Shown: positions 1 through 12,859 of the stretch, in pieces
How the letters are laid out: each line of letters starts with the position of its first letter
How positions within the stretch are numbered: the first letter of the stretch is position 1
Assembly: GCA_050012475.1 (NCBI GenBank)
Contig: JBEKHC010000029.1
Coordinates: forward strand, 1-51,245
Length of the DNA stretch: 51,245 nt
Direction: 5' to 3'
From: Candidatus Velthaea sp.
GTDB lineage: Bacteria > Vulcanimicrobiota > Vulcanimicrobiia > Vulcanimicrobiales > Vulcanimicrobiaceae
Made by a program: the position numbers and the translations under genes
The notes under the pieces: generated by a model
What the model was told of the DNA's origin: nothing
The model's database searches: none
What the model saw: the letters and a program-made list of their open reading frames with translations, nothing else

Positions 1-32
1 GGGGTCGAGATCGCGGATGTCTTGTCTGCCAT
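1..32 (-). CDS. 5' start of the gene following rpsE, probably ribosomal protein L30 (partial, runs off window)
   Basis: ATG at 32 reads MADKTSAIST..., 14 nt after the rpsE stop; identity is from gene order only. Confidence 0.45.
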   Translation of the reverse strand, partial: MADKTSAIST

Positions 33-46
33 TGATCGATCGATCC

Positions 47-559
47 TTACGAGGCGAAGAGTTCGGCGACGGTCTTCTCGCGCAGCTTGGCGACCTGCTC
101 CGCCGTCCGCAGCGACTTGAGCGCCTCGAACGTCGCGTAGACCACGTTGATCGGATTCGACGTGCCCAGCGACTTGGTGAGGATGTCGTGAATCCCGGCC
201 AGCTCGAGCACCGCACGCATCGCGCCGCCGGCGATGACGCCCGTCCCGGGCGCCGCGGGTTTGAGCAGCACGCGTCCGGCGCCGACCTGCATCGTCACGG
301 CGTGCGGAATCGTTTTCTCGACCATCGGCACGGTGATGAGATCCTTGCGGGCCTGCTCGACACCCTTGCGAATCGCTTCGGGGACTTCACCGGCTTTGCC
401 GATCGCGAAACCGACTTTGCCTTTTTTGTCGCCCACGACGACGAGCGCGGAGAAGCTGAAGCGCTTCCCGCCCTTGACGACCTTCGCGACGCGATTGATG
501 CGCACGACGGTCTCTTCGAATCCTTGATTGTCGCGGTCGCGACCACCCCGGTTATACAT
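47..559 (-). CDS. rpsE: 30S ribosomal protein S5
   Basis: [24 protein letters not shown] and GTGVIAGG motifs; start set at ATG 559 just after the rplR stop. Confidence 0.98.
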   Translation of the reverse strand: MYNRGGRDRDNQGFEETVVRINRVAKVVKGGKRFSFSALVVVGDKKGKVGFAIGKAGEVPEAIRKGVEQARKDLITVPMVEKTIPHAVTMQVGAGRVLLKPAAPGTGVIAGGAMRAVLELAGIHDILTKSLGTSNPINVVYATFEALKSLRTAEQVAKLREKTVAELFAS

Positions 560-560
560 C

Positions 561-929
561 TTAGAATTCCAATCCGGCTTCACGGGCCGCCGCGGCGAGC
601 GCCGCGACGCGGCCGTGATACTTGCGGCCTGACGTATCGAACACGACGGCGGTCACGCCGGCGGCCTTGGCTTTTTGGGCGATGGCGGAACCGACTTTGG
701 CGGCTGCCTCGACGTTGGTCGTCGAGTCGAGCCCATCGGCGACCGACTTGTCGCGGGTCGAGACGGAGACGAGCGTGTGCCCCTTCGAGTCGTCGACGAC
801 GAAGGCATAGGTGTGGTGAAGGCTGCGGAAAATCTGCAAACGCGGGCGCGCGGCCGTGCCGGCCACCTTGCGGCGCAACCGGGCGTGGCGCTTGACGCGC
901 TGTAGATTCTTCGAAAGTTTGACCGCCAT
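561..929 (-). CDS. rplR: 50S ribosomal protein L18
   Basis: [29 protein letters not shown]. Confidence 0.98.
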   Translation of the reverse strand: MAVKLSKNLQRVKRHARLRRKVAGTAARPRLQIFRSLHHTYAFVVDDSKGHTLVSVSTRDKSVADGLDSTTNVEAAAKVGSAIAQKAKAAGVTAVVFDTSGRKYHGRVAALAAAAREAGLEF

Positions 930-1477
930 TATTTCTTGCTCGCCTTCCCGGCCTTGCCCATCTTCTTGCGCACGACTTCGCCTTCGTAGCGAACGCCCTT
1001 GCCTTTGTACGGCTCGGGCGGACGCAGGTTACGAATCTCGGCGGCGACTTGACCGACTTTCTGCTTGTCGATCCCGTCGACGTGGATCTTGTTGGTGCCC
1101 TCGACCGAGAACGTGATCCCGGCCGGCGCTTCGTAGGTGACGGGATGGGAGTAGCCCAGCGTCAAGTTGAGGTTGGCGCCGGCCTTGGCGGCACGGTACC
1201 CCACGCCCTGAAGCTCGAGGCTCTTGCGAAAGCCCTTGGTTACGCCGGTCACCATGTTGTTGATGAGCGTGCGCGTCAGGCCGTGGGCCGAACGGCCGGC
1301 TTTGTCGTCGCTCTTGCGTTCGACGACGAGTTCGCCGCCCTCGATCTTCACCGTCACGTGCTCGAGGATCGGCTGCTGCAGTTCGCCCTTGGGACCGCTG
1401 ACCTTGACCAAGAGTTCGGCCAGATCGATCTTGACGCCGGCGGGAACGGCGACGGGAAGCTTACCGATGCGTGACAT
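929..1477 (-). CDS. rplF: 50S ribosomal protein L6
   Basis: MSRIGKLP..., [13 protein letters not shown]. Confidence 0.98.
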   Translation of the reverse strand: MSRIGKLPVAVPAGVKIDLAELLVKVSGPKGELQQPILEHVTVKIEGGELVVERKSDDKAGRSAHGLTRTLINNMVTGVTKGFRKSLELQGVGYRAAKAGANLNLTLGYSHPVTYEAPAGITFSVEGTNKIHVDGIDKQKVGQVAAEIRNLRPPEPYKGKGVRYEGEVVRKKMGKAGKASKK

Positions 1478-1485
1478 GATACCCC

Positions 1486-1887
1486 TTACCAAACATACGC
1501 GAGGACCTCGCCGCCGAAGCCTTCACGTTTGGCGCGCTTGCCGGACATGATGCCGTGCGAGGTCGAGATGATGACTAGGCCGAGACCGCCGAGAACCCGC
1601 GGGATCTCGGTCTTCGAGGTGTAGACGCGCAGACCGGGACGGCTGATGCGGCGTAGGCCGGTGATGACTTTTTCTTTTTCCGGACCGTACTTGAGGACAA
1701 TGCGCAGCACGCCTTGCGGGCCCTCGGCGACCGCCTCGAAGCTCTTGATGAAGCCTTCGTCGAGCAGAATCTGAGCGACGGCCTTCTTCATCTTGCTGGC
1801 CGGGACGTCGACGGTCTGATGGTTGACGCTGTTGGCGTTGCGGATGCGGGTGAGCATGTCGGCGATCGGATCGGTGATCACACCCAT
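1486..1887 (-). CDS. rpsH: 30S ribosomal protein S8
   Basis: [31 protein letters not shown]. Confidence 0.98.
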   Translation of the reverse strand: MGVITDPIADMLTRIRNANSVNHQTVDVPASKMKKAVAQILLDEGFIKSFEAVAEGPQGVLRIVLKYGPEKEKVITGLRRISRPGLRVYTSKTEIPRVLGGLGLVIISTSHGIMSGKRAKREGFGGEVLAYVW

Positions 1888-1936
1888 CGTTAACGCGCCT
1901 CCGTGCGTGCGGTGAAAATGCTGTTCGTCATATCGT

Positions 1937-2122
1937 TTACCACGAAGCCTTGGTGACGCCAGGAATGAAACCGCGGTGCGCGTTCTCGCGGAAACAGATG
2001 CGGCACATCGCGAACTTGCGCAGATAGCCGCGCGGACGGCCGCAGACCTTGCAGCGGTTGTGATCGCGCACGTGAAACTTCGCCGGAATTTTCGATGCTT
2101 CGATCGAGGACGTCTTGGCCAT
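1937..2122 (-). CDS. rpsN: 30S ribosomal protein S14, short zinc-binding (type Z) form
   Basis: 61 aa, CKVC...[13 protein letters not shown]. Confidence 0.98.
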   Translation of the reverse strand: MAKTSSIEASKIPAKFHVRDHNRCKVCGRPRGYLRKFAMCRICFRENAHRGFIPGVTKASW

Positions 2123-2688
2123 TACGCAGCTCCCTTGGCCGGCGTCGCTTTGGTCAGCGGCAAGCCCATCGATTCCAAAAATGCCGTCGCTTCTTCGTCG
2201 GTCTTGGCAGTCGTCACGATCACGATATCCATCCCGCGCGCCTTGTCGACTTTGTCGAAGTTCACTTCGGGGAACACCAGCTGCTCGCGCAGCCCCAGAT
2301 TGTAATTACCGCGGCCGTCGAACGACTTGCGCGGCAGCCCGCGGAAGTCGCGAATGCGCGGCAGCACGATGTTGAACAGCTTGTCGAGGAAGACGTACAT
2401 CCGTTCGCCGCGCAGCGTGACCTTGCAGCCCACGTTCATGCCTTCGCGCAGCTTGAACGCCGCGATCGACTTCTTGGCCTTGGTGATAACCGGCTTCTGC
2501 CCCGAGATGGCGACCAACTCGGCGACCGCGACGTCGAGGATCTTCGAGTTCTGGATCGCGTCGCCGACCGACATGTTGATGACGACCTTCACCAGCTTGG
2601 GAACCTGCATCGGGTTTTTGTACCCGAAGCGTTCCTGCAGCGAGGGACGCACCGTGCTCTGGTATTTTTCTTTCAAACGTTCGGCCAT
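2122..2688 (-). CDS. rplE: 50S ribosomal protein L5
   Basis: [25 protein letters not shown]. Confidence 0.98.
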   Translation of the reverse strand: MAERLKEKYQSTVRPSLQERFGYKNPMQVPKLVKVVINMSVGDAIQNSKILDVAVAELVAISGQKPVITKAKKSIAAFKLREGMNVGCKVTLRGERMYVFLDKLFNIVLPRIRDFRGLPRKSFDGRGNYNLGLREQLVFPEVNFDKVDKARGMDIVIVTTAKTDEEATAFLESMGLPLTKATPAKGAA

Positions 2689-2690
2689 GG

Positions 2691-3047
2691 TCAGCGAGCC
2701 TTCGCGGGAAGAGGAAGCTGTTCGCCCGAGCGCACGGCGACGCGCACCGACGAACCGTCGGTCTGGCGAATGCGCCGGACGCGGCTGGGCAGATTCGTTT
2801 TGGGATCGATGATCTGCAAGACGCTCAGCGGCAGCGGCGCTTCTTTTTCGAAGATGCCGCCGGTCTGCTGCGCGCCGCCTTGACCGGGCTTGGTGTGGCG
2901 CTTGATGACGTTGATGCCCTCGACGGTCGCCGTGCCGGCTTTGGGGAACACCGCCTTGACGATCCCGCGCTTGCCTTTTTCTTTGCCGCGCCGGATGACG
3001 ACCGTGTCGCCCTTGGCCACGTGCGGCTTGGCAACGGCCGCCGGCAT
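2691..3047 (-). CDS. rplX: 50S ribosomal protein L24
   Basis: KOW motif [27 protein letters not shown]. Confidence 0.97.
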   Translation of the reverse strand: MPAAVAKPHVAKGDTVVIRRGKEKGKRGIVKAVFPKAGTATVEGINVIKRHTKPGQGGAQQTGGIFEKEAPLPLSVLQIIDPKTNLPSRVRRIRQTDGSSVRVAVRSGEQLPLPAKAR

Positions 3048-3425
3048 TTAGAGGACCTCCGGCGCGAGCGAAGCGATCTTGAGAAAACCGCGGTCGCGCA
3101 GCTCACGGCAAACCGGCCCGAACACGCGGGTGCCGCGCGGGTCGAGGTTGTCCTTGTCGCCTTTGATGATCACGCAGGCGTTGTCGTCGAACTTGATGAT
3201 CGAACCGTCGGGCCGGCGCATCGGCTGCGAGCAGCGCACCACGACCGCCTTGACGACTTGACCTTTTTTCACGGCCGCGCCGGGAATAGCCGATTTCACC
3301 GTGCCGACGATGATGTCGCCGACATGGGCGTACGGATGACGGCTGCCGCCGCTGACGTGGATGCACAGCAGTTCGCGGGCGCCGGAGTTGTCCGCAACTT
3401 TGAGTCGCGTTTCTTGCTGAATCAT
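3048..3425 (-). CDS. rplN: 50S ribosomal protein L14
   Basis: [22 protein letters not shown]. Confidence 0.98.
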   Translation of the reverse strand: MIQQETRLKVADNSGARELLCIHVSGGSRHPYAHVGDIIVGTVKSAIPGAAVKKGQVVKAVVVRCSQPMRRPDGSIIKFDDNACVIIKGDKDNLDPRGTRVFGPVCRELRDRGFLKIASLAPEVL

Positions 3426-3428
3426 GAC

Positions 3429-3734
3429 TTACTTGGCTTTCTCGACGATCTCGACTAGGCGCCAGCGCTTGTCTTTGGACATCGGGCGGCACTCGGCGAT
3501 GCGCACCGTATCGCCGATCCCGGCGGCGTTCTGTTCATCGTGTGCTTTGAAGCGCACCGACTTGCGGACGATCTTCTTGTAGACCGGATGCGGGACGCGC
3601 GTCTCCGTCACGACCACGATGGTCTTGTCCATCTTGTTCGAGGCGACGCGGCCTTGCTTGACGCGGCGGCGATTGACCCGCCCGCTGACGGCTGACGGCG
3701 CGGCGGGTGCGGTCGCGGGGTTAGGCTGCTCCAT
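3429..3734 (-). CDS. rpsQ: 30S ribosomal protein S17
   Basis: [25 protein letters not shown]. Confidence 0.98.
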   Translation of the reverse strand: MEQPNPATAPAAPSAVSGRVNRRRVKQGRVASNKMDKTIVVVTETRVPHPVYKKIVRKSVRFKAHDEQNAAGIGDTVRIAECRPMSKDKRWRLVEIVEKAK

Positions 3735-3942
3735 GACGTGCCTCGACGATCTTCTTCTCGGAGATCGCTGTCTGAATTTGTGCGTAGGTGCGGCGAGCCG
3801 CTTTGACTTTGGAGAAATCCGAAAGGTGGCCGGTGCGCAGCGAGAAGCGCAGGTTGAAGAGCTCCTCTTTGGTTTCGCGGGCCTTCTTTTCGAGTTCGGC
3901 GATCGTCAAGTCGCGCAGCGCGCGCAGATCGGTCTTCTTCAT
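3721..3942 (-). CDS. rpmC: 50S ribosomal protein L29
   Basis: KEELFNLRF motif; position between rplP and rpsQ. Confidence 0.96.
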   Translation of the reverse strand: MKKTDLRALRDLTIAELEKKARETKEELFNLRFSLRTGHLSDFSKVKAARRTYAQIQTAISEKKIVEARHGAA

Positions 3943-4364
3943 CCGGCGGCCTCCTCGGCAGCACGCGAAACGAATTTCACTTCGATCGGCAGTTTTTGCG
4001 CGGCCAAACGCAGCGCTTCTTTGGCGACCGCTTCGGGCACGCCGCCGATCTCGAAGAGAATCCGGCCCGGACGCACGACCGCGACCCAGCCTTCCGGGTT
4101 GCCTTTGCCGCTGCCCATGCGGACCTCAGCCGGCTTTTTCGTCACCGATTTGTCGGGGAAGATCTTGATCCAGACCTTGCCGCCGCGCTTGATGTAGCGC
4201 GTCATCGCGACACGGGCGGCTTCGATCTGCCGGTTCGTCATCCAGCACGGCTCGAGCGCCTGCAGGCCATATTCGCCGAAGGTCAGGGTGTTGCCGGTCT
4301 CCGCCCGGCCGGTCATCCGGCCGCGGTGTTGACGGCGCCATTTTACGCGTTTTGGAGTAAGCAT
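3939..4364 (-). CDS. rplP: 50S ribosomal protein L16
   Basis: [18 protein letters not shown]. Confidence 0.98.
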   Translation of the reverse strand: MLTPKRVKWRRQHRGRMTGRAETGNTLTFGEYGLQALEPCWMTNRQIEAARVAMTRYIKRGGKVWIKIFPDKSVTKKPAEVRMGSGKGNPEGWVAVVRPGRILFEIGGVPEAVAKEALRLAAQKLPIEVKFVSRAAEEAAG

Positions 4365-4367
4365 CGC

Positions 4368-5498
<1,131 letters not shown>

Positions 5499-5499
5499 A

Positions 5500-6006
5500 C
5501 TACCTCGAGGCCCCCGTGCCGGGAGCCGTCTTCTTGCGGCGCGTTGTCGGTGACGGCTTGGCCGAAGCAACCTTGGCCGCGCGCGAATCGGGTGTCGAGA
5601 CCGCGACCGCTGCGCCGGCGCGCTGCTTGGGCTTGTGTTTAGGCGGCGTCGAACCGACGGCGATCGTCACGTGCGACATGCGCTTGCGTTTGAACGCCGC
5701 GCGGCCTTGCGCGCGCGGATCGAGCCGTTTGGTGAACCCGCCGCCCGGCCCGCCGTCGACCGTGACGCGCGTAACGAACAGCCCGTCGGTATCGAGGTTG
5801 TGGTTGTTGCCGGCGTTGGCGACGGCCGATTTGAGCAGCTTTTGCAGCGGCTCGGCGGCGAACACGCCGGCGAACTCGAGCAGCACGAGCGCTTCCTGCA
5901 CCGTCTTGCCGCGAATGGCGTCCGCGACGCGGCGCAGCTTGCGCGGACCGACGCGGGCGAATCGCAAATGCGCGACGGCTTCGCTGCGTTCTTGGGTCTG
6001 CATCAT
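5500..6006 (-). CDS. rplV: 50S ribosomal protein L22 with basic C-terminal extension
   Basis: [28 protein letters not shown]. Confidence 0.97.
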   Translation of the reverse strand: MMQTQERSEAVAHLRFARVGPRKLRRVADAIRGKTVQEALVLLEFAGVFAAEPLQKLLKSAVANAGNNHNLDTDGLFVTRVTVDGGPGGGFTKRLDPRAQGRAAFKRKRMSHVTIAVGSTPPKHKPKQRAGAAVAVSTPDSRAAKVASAKPSPTTRRKKTAPGTGASR

Positions 6007-6277
6007 TTCACCGCAGCCTTGTCGCCGCTATGGCCTTTGAATTGACGCGTCGGCGAAAACTCACCGAGCTTGTGGCCGACCATGTTCTCGGTGACGAACA
6101 CCGGGATGTGGATCTTGCCGTTGTGCACGCTGATCGTGTGACCGACCATCTGCGGAACGATCGTCGACGCGCGGCTCCAGGTTTTGATGACCCGCTTCTC
6201 GCGCGTCGAATTCATCTTCTCGACTTTGGCGAGCAGATAGTCGGCGACGAAGGGGCCTTTTTTGAGTGAGCGTCCCA

Positions 6278-6278
<1 letters not shown>
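6003..6278 (-). CDS. rpsS: 30S ribosomal protein S19
   Basis: [24 protein letters not shown]. Confidence 0.98.
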
Positions 6279-7105
<827 letters not shown>

Positions 7106-7163
7106 CAGCTGAAAACCACCGTGAAAACGCCGTCGCGGCCGAGCAGCCCAGCGACGAATCGCG

Positions 7164-7253
7164 TGCGCATCGTTTCCGAGCGCGAGGCGCGATGAGCGAA
7201 GCGTACCTTAGTACGTGAGCGAAGAGCAACGAAGCGATCGGAAGCGAGGCGCA
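7164..7253 (+). repeat. Structured intergenic element (copy C) in the rplW-rplB spacer
   Basis: Outer imperfect inverted repeat tgcgcatcgtttccga/tcggaagcgaggcgca; core GC-GAAG-cgtac(ctta)gtacg-TGA-GC...AACGAAG. Confidence 0.7.
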
Positions 7254-7258
7254 TGAAA

Positions 7259-7567
7259 TTACTGTTCAAAGTAGTTTATTCCGGCTAGTTCGATCTTCTG
7301 GCCTTCGGCCAACGTCACGATCGCTTTTTTCCAATCGGACTGTTTGCCCGACGTGCGCGTCCCGCGGCGAGCGAAGTTCTTCACCTTGCCCGGCACGTTG
7401 ACGGTGTTGATCTTGGTGACGGTGACTTTGAAGATCTCTTGCACGGCGTGCTTGATCTGCGTCTTGGTTGCCGCCGGGTGCACCTCGAACGAGTACTGCT
7501 GCACCGCGGTGCCGGCCATCGATTTCTCGGTGATCAGCGGCGCGAGGATGATATCGCGAGCGTCCAT
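7259..7567 (-). CDS. rplW: 50S ribosomal protein L23
   Basis: PLITEKS, ATKTQIK, WKKAIVTL. Confidence 0.98.
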   Translation of the reverse strand: MDARDIILAPLITEKSMAGTAVQQYSFEVHPAATKTQIKHAVQEIFKVTVTKINTVNVPGKVKNFARRGTRTSGKQSDWKKAIVTLAEGQKIELAGINYFEQ

Positions 7568-8229
7568 TATTTCGACTCCGGGCTGAATCTGCCGACGATC
7601 GCGGCATGCGCCTGCGTCGTGAAAACCAGACGGGTGAACCCGACGACGTCCTTGACGTCGAGAGCGCCGTCGTGCGTGATGCCGACCTGGCGCAGGTTGG
7701 CCCCGGCCCGCGCGAGCTGTTCGCCCACGGTTGCGTTTTCGGCCTGCGCGAAGACGACCAGGGTGCTCGGGCCGCTGCGCGCGGCCTTGGGCGAACCGAA
7801 GATCAGCGTCGCAAAATCTTTGGTCTTGGCAATGTTGAAGTTCGCCACATCGAGCAGCGTCACGCCGCCGTTGGCGAACTTATCGGTGAGCGCGGCGACG
7901 AACGCGGCGCGGCGTTCCTTCTTATTAAGGGAGCTGACGTAGCTGCGCGGCTGGGGCCCGAAGACCACGCCGCCGTGGCGCCACTGCGGCGAACGGGTCG
8001 AACCTTGGCGCGCCCGGCCGGTGCCCTTCTGGCGCCACGGCTTGCGGCCGCCGCCGCGGACTTCGTCGCGCTTGAGCGTCTTGTGCGTGCCGGCGCGCGG
8101 GTTCGCCAATTCGCGGTAGACGGCGCGAAAAATGAGGTTGCCCTTGCCGCCGTTTTCGGCCGCGCTGAAGACGTCAGGGGTCGCTTCTTCGCGGACGACC
8201 TTGCCGGTCGTGTCGATCACTTGGGCCAC
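7567..8229 (-). CDS. rplD: 50S ribosomal protein L4
   Basis: [32 protein letters not shown] start. Confidence 0.98.
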   Translation of the reverse strand: MAQVIDTTGKVVREEATPDVFSAAENGGKGNLIFRAVYRELANPRAGTHKTLKRDEVRGGGRKPWRQKGTGRARQGSTRSPQWRHGGVVFGPQPRSYVSSLNKKERRAAFVAALTDKFANGGVTLLDVANFNIAKTKDFATLIFGSPKAARSGPSTLVVFAQAENATVGEQLARAGANLRQVGITHDGALDVKDVVGFTRLVFTTQAHAAIVGRFSPESK

Positions 8230-8861
8230 TATGCGCTCGCCTTCGTTTTAACGGAGAGACGGACGGTGACCAGTCCGTTTTTCGGGCCGGGGACCGGACC
8301 GCGAACCAGCAGCAGGTTGCGTTCGGTGTCCGTGCGGACGATCTCGAGGTTTTGATGGGTGACGCGGTCGACGCCGTAGTGCCCGGGCCGGCGCGAGCCG
8401 CGCACGGTGTGCCCGGCGTTGGTATCGCCGTTCGAACCCGGCTGGCGATGGATCATCTGCCCGTGGGTCTGGCTGCCGCCGCTGAAATTGTGGCGCTTGA
8501 TGCCGCCCGCGAAGCCGTGGCCTTTCGAGACGCCGACGACGTCGACGCGGTCGCCGGCGGCGAAGTCGCCGACGGTGACGGTCGAGCCGAGCTCGGTGCC
8601 TTCGATGCCGGCGCGGAATTCACGGATATTGCGCTTGGGGTCGATGTTCGCGCGCTTGAAATGCCCGGCGAGCGCTTTGGTTACGCGGGATTTCTTGACG
8701 TCGCCGAAGGCCAGCGCGACGGCCTCGTAGCCGTCGGACTCCTTGGTTTTGCGCTGCACGACGGGGCAGGGACCGGCTTCGATCACCGTCACCGGCACGT
8801 AGCGTCCATCCGCCGTAAACACGCTCGTCATCCCAACCTTGCGGCCGATGATGTTTTTCAT
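8229..8861 (-). CDS. rplC: 50S ribosomal protein L3
   Basis: GRKVGMT, PVTVIEAGPC, SKGHGFAGGIKRH, GPVPG. Confidence 0.98.
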   Translation of the reverse strand: MKNIIGRKVGMTSVFTADGRYVPVTVIEAGPCPVVQRKTKESDGYEAVALAFGDVKKSRVTKALAGHFKRANIDPKRNIREFRAGIEGTELGSTVTVGDFAAGDRVDVVGVSKGHGFAGGIKRHNFSGGSQTHGQMIHRQPGSNGDTNAGHTVRGSRRPGHYGVDRVTHQNLEIVRTDTERNLLLVRGPVPGPKNGLVTVRLSVKTKASA

Positions 8862-8992
8862 CTCGAAGGTTTCCTCTGCGCGTGACCGCGCTTGCGCCGG
8901 CACACACTAGCTTGCCACGGATCCAGGCGTTTCTTCTTCGAAGCGAGCAGCCACATCGAAAAGGCATGGCCGACCTGGACCACAACCGCTAG

Positions 8993-9021
8993 AGAATACC
9001 AAGGCCGACGCCGGATGTCAA
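8993..9021 (-). promoter_or_regulatory. sigma70 promoter for the rplC operon
   Basis: Minus strand TTGACA (9021-9016), 17 nt spacer, TATTCT (8998-8993), preceded by TGG (extended -10). Confidence 0.85.
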
Positions 9022-9060
9022 ACGCCGATCGGGTTATTTATCCTCTGACCCAGGCGTGTG

Positions 9061-9909
9061 TCACTGGGGCGGCGGAGTGTCGATATCGAGGGCCACGTCG
9101 AGCGTCGGTGCGCTGTGGGTGAGCGCGCCGATCGAGATGAGATCGACGCCGCTTTGGGCGATCGCCCGGACCGTCGCGGCATTGACGCCGCCCGAGGCTT
9201 CGAGCAACGCGCGGCCGGCGGTTCGCCGAACCGCTTCGGCGAGCTGCTCCGGGGTGAAGTTATCGAGCAGCACGATGTGCGCGCCGGCGCCTAAAGCCTG
9301 GTCGAGCTGGTCGAGTGAATCGACTTCAATCTCGATCGTCACGAGGTGGCCGGCAAAAGCGCGTGCTGCCTGGATCGCCGGGACGATGCCGCCCGCGACC
9401 GCGACGTGGTTGTCTTTGATGAGGATCGCGTCGTCGAGGCCGAAGCGATGGTTCTTGCCCCCGCCGTGGCGGACGGCGGCCTTCTCGAGCGCGCGCATCC
9501 CAGGCGTGGTCTTGCGCGTGTCGACGATCGCGGCTTTGGTTCCGGCAACGAGTTCGACGTAACGCCGGGTCGCGGTCGCGACCCCCGAGAGGCGTCCGAG
9601 GACGTTGAGCGCGGTCCGCTCGCCGGTCAGGATGGTCCGCAGCGCTCCGCTCACGGTGGCCAGGCGCGTTCCCGCGGCGACTGCCGCGCCGTCGGCGACG
9701 GCGAGCTCGACGGCGATCGCCGGATCGAGCAGCGCGAACGTGCGGGCCGCGGCGGACAGACCGGAGATCGCGCCGGCCTCGCGCGCGACGATCGCCGCCG
9801 CGCCGCGCTGCTCGGGCGAGACGATCGCATCGGTTGTAAGGTCGCCGGCCCGGCCCAAATCCTCGCGCAGCGCCGCGCGCAAAAAATCGTCGAGGGCGAA
9901 ATCGATCAT
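9061..9909 (-). CDS. nadC: Nicotinate-nucleotide diphosphorylase (quinolinate phosphoribosyltransferase)
   Basis: GERTALN, DTRKTTPG, NHRFGLDDAILIKDNH, LEASGG. Confidence 0.97.
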   Translation of the reverse strand: MIDFALDDFLRAALREDLGRAGDLTTDAIVSPEQRGAAAIVAREAGAISGLSAAARTFALLDPAIAVELAVADGAAVAAGTRLATVSGALRTILTGERTALNVLGRLSGVATATRRYVELVAGTKAAIVDTRKTTPGMRALEKAAVRHGGGKNHRFGLDDAILIKDNHVAVAGGIVPAIQAARAFAGHLVTIEIEVDSLDQLDQALGAGAHIVLLDNFTPEQLAEAVRRTAGRALLEASGGVNAATVRAIAQSGVDLISIGALTHSAPTLDVALDIDTPPPQ

Positions 9910-11420
9910 GACATGCCGGCGGCGGCGACGGCCGGGGCCGCCGTGAAAGACCGCGATGACAACCGCGCGTCGGTTTGGGGGAAATCGCGCCGGTAGTGCG
10001 CGCCCCGGCTCTCGCGCCGGTCGAGCGCGGCGCTCGCGACCGCGCGCGCGACCACGACGGCATCGCGGACGCGCGGATCGGCGCAGACGGATTGGCCGGC
10101 GAAGGCATCGCAGAGGTCGATCGCATGCCGCAGCCCGGCCTCATCGCGAACGACACCGACGAACGCCGTCATCGCGGCGCGCAGCGGCGCCAGCGCCGCC
10201 GGCAGATCGGCGACGAAGCGCGCCGGGGGCGTGCTCGGCGCGAGCACTGGGCGGCGGCGGACAAACGGGGTCGCGGTGATGTCGCGCGCGGCGCGGGTGC
10301 CGAAAATCAGCGCTTCGACCAGCGAATTGCTGGCCAGCCGATTCGCGCCGTGCAGCCCGGTCGCGGCCACCTCCCCGCAGGCCCAGAGCCCAGCGACGTC
10401 CGTGCGCCCGACGCGATCGGTGACGATCCCGCCGATCGTGTAGTGGGCCGCCGGACTTACCGGGATCGGCTGCACCGCCGGATCGATGCCGATCGCGCGG
10501 CAGCGCGCGGCGATCGTCGGAAAACGGACGGCAAACCGCGCTCCCAGCGCCTGCCGCGCATCGAGAAAAACGTGGCCACCGCGTTCTTCGAGCGCGAAAA
10601 TCGCACGCGCGACGATATCGCGCGCGGCCAATTCGTCGCCGAAACGTTCGCCGCGATCGTCGACGAGCAGCGCGCCTTCACCGCGCACGGCCTCGCTGAT
10701 CAGCGTTTTGGGATCGTCGTTCGAGACCAGCGCCGTCGGGTGGAATTGGACGAATTCGAGGTCGGCGAGCGTCGCGCCGGCGCGCCCGGCCATCGCGATC
10801 CCGGCGCCGAGCGTCGCCGGCGGGGTCGTCGCCTTCGCGAACAAGCCGCCGTACCCGCCGCTGGCCAGCACGACCGCCCGCGCGTCGATGCGAACGCCGC
10901 GGCCCCAGCGGTCGACGAACAGCGCGCCGCGGATGCGGCCGTCGTCATCCTGGACGAGCCCGATCGAACGCAGCCCGGTCGCGAGTTCAATCTGCGGGCG
11001 GGTCGCGACGACGTCGAGCAAACTGCGCACGATCGACGCTCCGGTATGATCGGCAGCGTGCACGATGCGGCGCCGCGAGTGGGCGGCTTCCAGACCCAGC
11101 GCGAGCGCGCCGTCTGCGCGCCGGTCGAACGGCACGCCGAAGCGTTCGAGCAACGCAATCGCCGCGGGTGCGTCGGCGCTCAGTTCGTGGACCGTGCGCG
11201 CATCGGCGATGCCGCCGGCCGCGGCGAGCGTGTCGGCGGCGTGCAGCGCGGGCGTGTCGTCGCTGCCGAGCGCAGCGGCGAGACCGCCTTGCGCCCAAGC
11301 CGACGCGACATCGGTGGCCGGCTCGCTGTCGTTGGCCAGCACGACCGAGCGTCCATCGCAACCCAGCGCGCAGGCCAAGCCTGCCAACCCGGCGCCGATG
11401 ATCAAAACGTCGGTTTGCAT
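9906..11420 (-). CDS. nadB: L-aspartate oxidase
   Basis: IIGAGLAG, SAWAQGG, EFVQFHPT, TGLHGANRLASNSL, ESRGAHYR; TGATG overlap with nadA. Confidence 0.96.
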   Translation of the reverse strand: MQTDVLIIGAGLAGLACALGCDGRSVVLANDSEPATDVASAWAQGGLAAALGSDDTPALHAADTLAAAGGIADARTVHELSADAPAAIALLERFGVPFDRRADGALALGLEAAHSRRRIVHAADHTGASIVRSLLDVVATRPQIELATGLRSIGLVQDDDGRIRGALFVDRWGRGVRIDARAVVLASGGYGGLFAKATTPPATLGAGIAMAGRAGATLADLEFVQFHPTALVSNDDPKTLISEAVRGEGALLVDDRGERFGDELAARDIVARAIFALEERGGHVFLDARQALGARFAVRFPTIAARCRAIGIDPAVQPIPVSPAAHYTIGGIVTDRVGRTDVAGLWACGEVAATGLHGANRLASNSLVEALIFGTRAARDITATPFVRRRPVLAPSTPPARFVADLPAALAPLRAAMTAFVGVVRDEAGLRHAIDLCDAFAGQSVCADPRVRDAVVVARAVASAALDRRESRGAHYRRDFPQTDARLSSRSFTAAPAVAAAGMS

Positions 11421-12430
11421 CAGCAGGCGACCGGCACCGGCAAATCGATCATCCGCTGCAGCGCCGACCGCGCGCGGCCCGCGACCGCGGCATCGACGAG
11501 GATTTCGTCTTCGAAGGTCTGCAGTGAGCGCAAGATCTTGGGCAGCGTGTTCCGCCGCATGTGCGGGCACAGATTGCACGGCCGCACGAACTCGACGTTC
11601 GGGAATTCCGCCGCGACGTTATCGCTCATCGAACACTCGGTGAGCAGCATGACGCGTTCGGCCGCATGGTTGCGCACGTACTCGATCATGCCGGAGGTCG
11701 AACCGGCGAAATCCGCCGCCTCGATGACGTCGGGCGGGCACTCCGGATGCGCGAGCACGATGAGCTCGCCGTCGTCTTCGCGCAGCCGTTCGATGTCGAC
11801 GGCCCGGAAGCGCTCGTGCACTTCGCAGTGGCCTTTCCACGACAAGATCTCGACCGTGGTGTTGGCGGCGACGTAGGCCGCGAGATATTCATCGGGGATC
11901 ATCAGCACGCGCGGCACGCCCAGCGATTCCACGACGCGCACGGCGTTCGAAGACGTGCAGCAGATGTCGGATTCGGCCTTGACCTCGGCGCTCGTATTGA
12001 CGTACGTAACGATCGGCACGCCTGGATAGCGAAGGCGCAGCGCCCGCACGTCGGCGCCCGTGATCGACTCGGCCAGCGAACAGCCCGCAAGTTTGTCGGG
12101 CACGATCACCCGGCGGTGCGGATTGAGAATTTTCGCCGTTTCGCCCATGAAGTGCACGCCGCATACCATGATCGTTTCGGCCTCGGCCCGCTGCGCTTCG
12201 CGCGCAAGCTGCAGCGAGTCGCCGACGATATCGGCCACCCCCCAGAAGATTTCGGGCACCTGATAGTTGTGGGCGAGAATGATCGCGTTCTTTTCCCGCT
12301 TGAGCCGGTTGATCGCGTCGACGAGCGGCGCGTGGAGCGGCCATTCGGCGGCCGGCATCACGCGCGCCATGCGATCGTAGATGGGCCGGGTGCGCTCGGC
12401 GACTGCCGGGGTGAAGGGAAGCAGATCCAT
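11420..12430 (-). CDS. nadA: Quinolinate synthase A
   Basis: [30 protein letters not shown]. Confidence 0.97.
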   Translation of the reverse strand: MDLLPFTPAVAERTRPIYDRMARVMPAAEWPLHAPLVDAINRLKREKNAIILAHNYQVPEIFWGVADIVGDSLQLAREAQRAEAETIMVCGVHFMGETAKILNPHRRVIVPDKLAGCSLAESITGADVRALRLRYPGVPIVTYVNTSAEVKAESDICCTSSNAVRVVESLGVPRVLMIPDEYLAAYVAANTTVEILSWKGHCEVHERFRAVDIERLREDDGELIVLAHPECPPDVIEAADFAGSTSGMIEYVRNHAAERVMLLTECSMSDNVAAEFPNVEFVRPCNLCPHMRRNTLPKILRSLQTFEDEILVDAAVAGRARSALQRMIDLPVPVAC

Positions 12431-12471
12431 GGTCGTACTTTCAGGCGCTCGAGCCGGACGTAGCTATGCCC

Positions 12472-12492
12472 TTATACTACGTTTGAGCATAA
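12472..12492. promoter_or_regulatory. NadQ-type operator
   Basis: TTATACTACGTTTGAGCATAA versus the recalled NadQ consensus ttATRCTCannntGAGYATaa (2 mismatches). Confidence 0.8.
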
Positions 12493-12502
12493 TGAGTTGC
12501 AA
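12474..12502 (-). promoter_or_regulatory. sigma70 promoter for nadABC, overlapped by the operator
   Basis: TTGCAA (12502-12497), 17 nt spacer, TAGTAT (12479-12474). Confidence 0.7.
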
Positions 12503-12601
12503 ATGTTTTCTATTGCACGCTCGAAAGCCTCGCCAACGCCGCCGGCGGCAGCCGCTAGACTCACATTGGGGAGCTAGGCTGGCGCCAAAACTCCGTTCTT
12601 A

Positions 12602-12649
12602 AGGGCCCTGGTTCAACGCCCCGCCAGGGCCCCGGTTCAACGCCCCGCC
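12602..12649. repeat. 24-bp tandem duplication
   Basis: agggccctggttcaacgccccgcc followed by agggccccggttcaacgccccgcc. Confidence 0.9.
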
Positions 12650-12859
12650 GCCTGAGCCGCGGCTGCCGGGGCTGTGCTCCGGGGGCGCAAAAGGCGGCAG
12701 CGGTTAGCCTGGGGACCTGACAAGAGGACCGTCGACACTAGGCGGACAGAACAAGCGTCAAAGCGGCGCTTTTGCCACACTTCGCCGCAAGTCGGTCCAT
12801 CCGGCGCGATGGACCCGTTCTCCGGAGTGAATACGAAGCGCAAGTTCGCCGTTCGCCGT

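Noticed and set aside
12602..12649. GGTTCAA as a tRNA T-loop or att site
   Set aside because: No 5-bp T-stem, cloverleaf, CCA end or integrase
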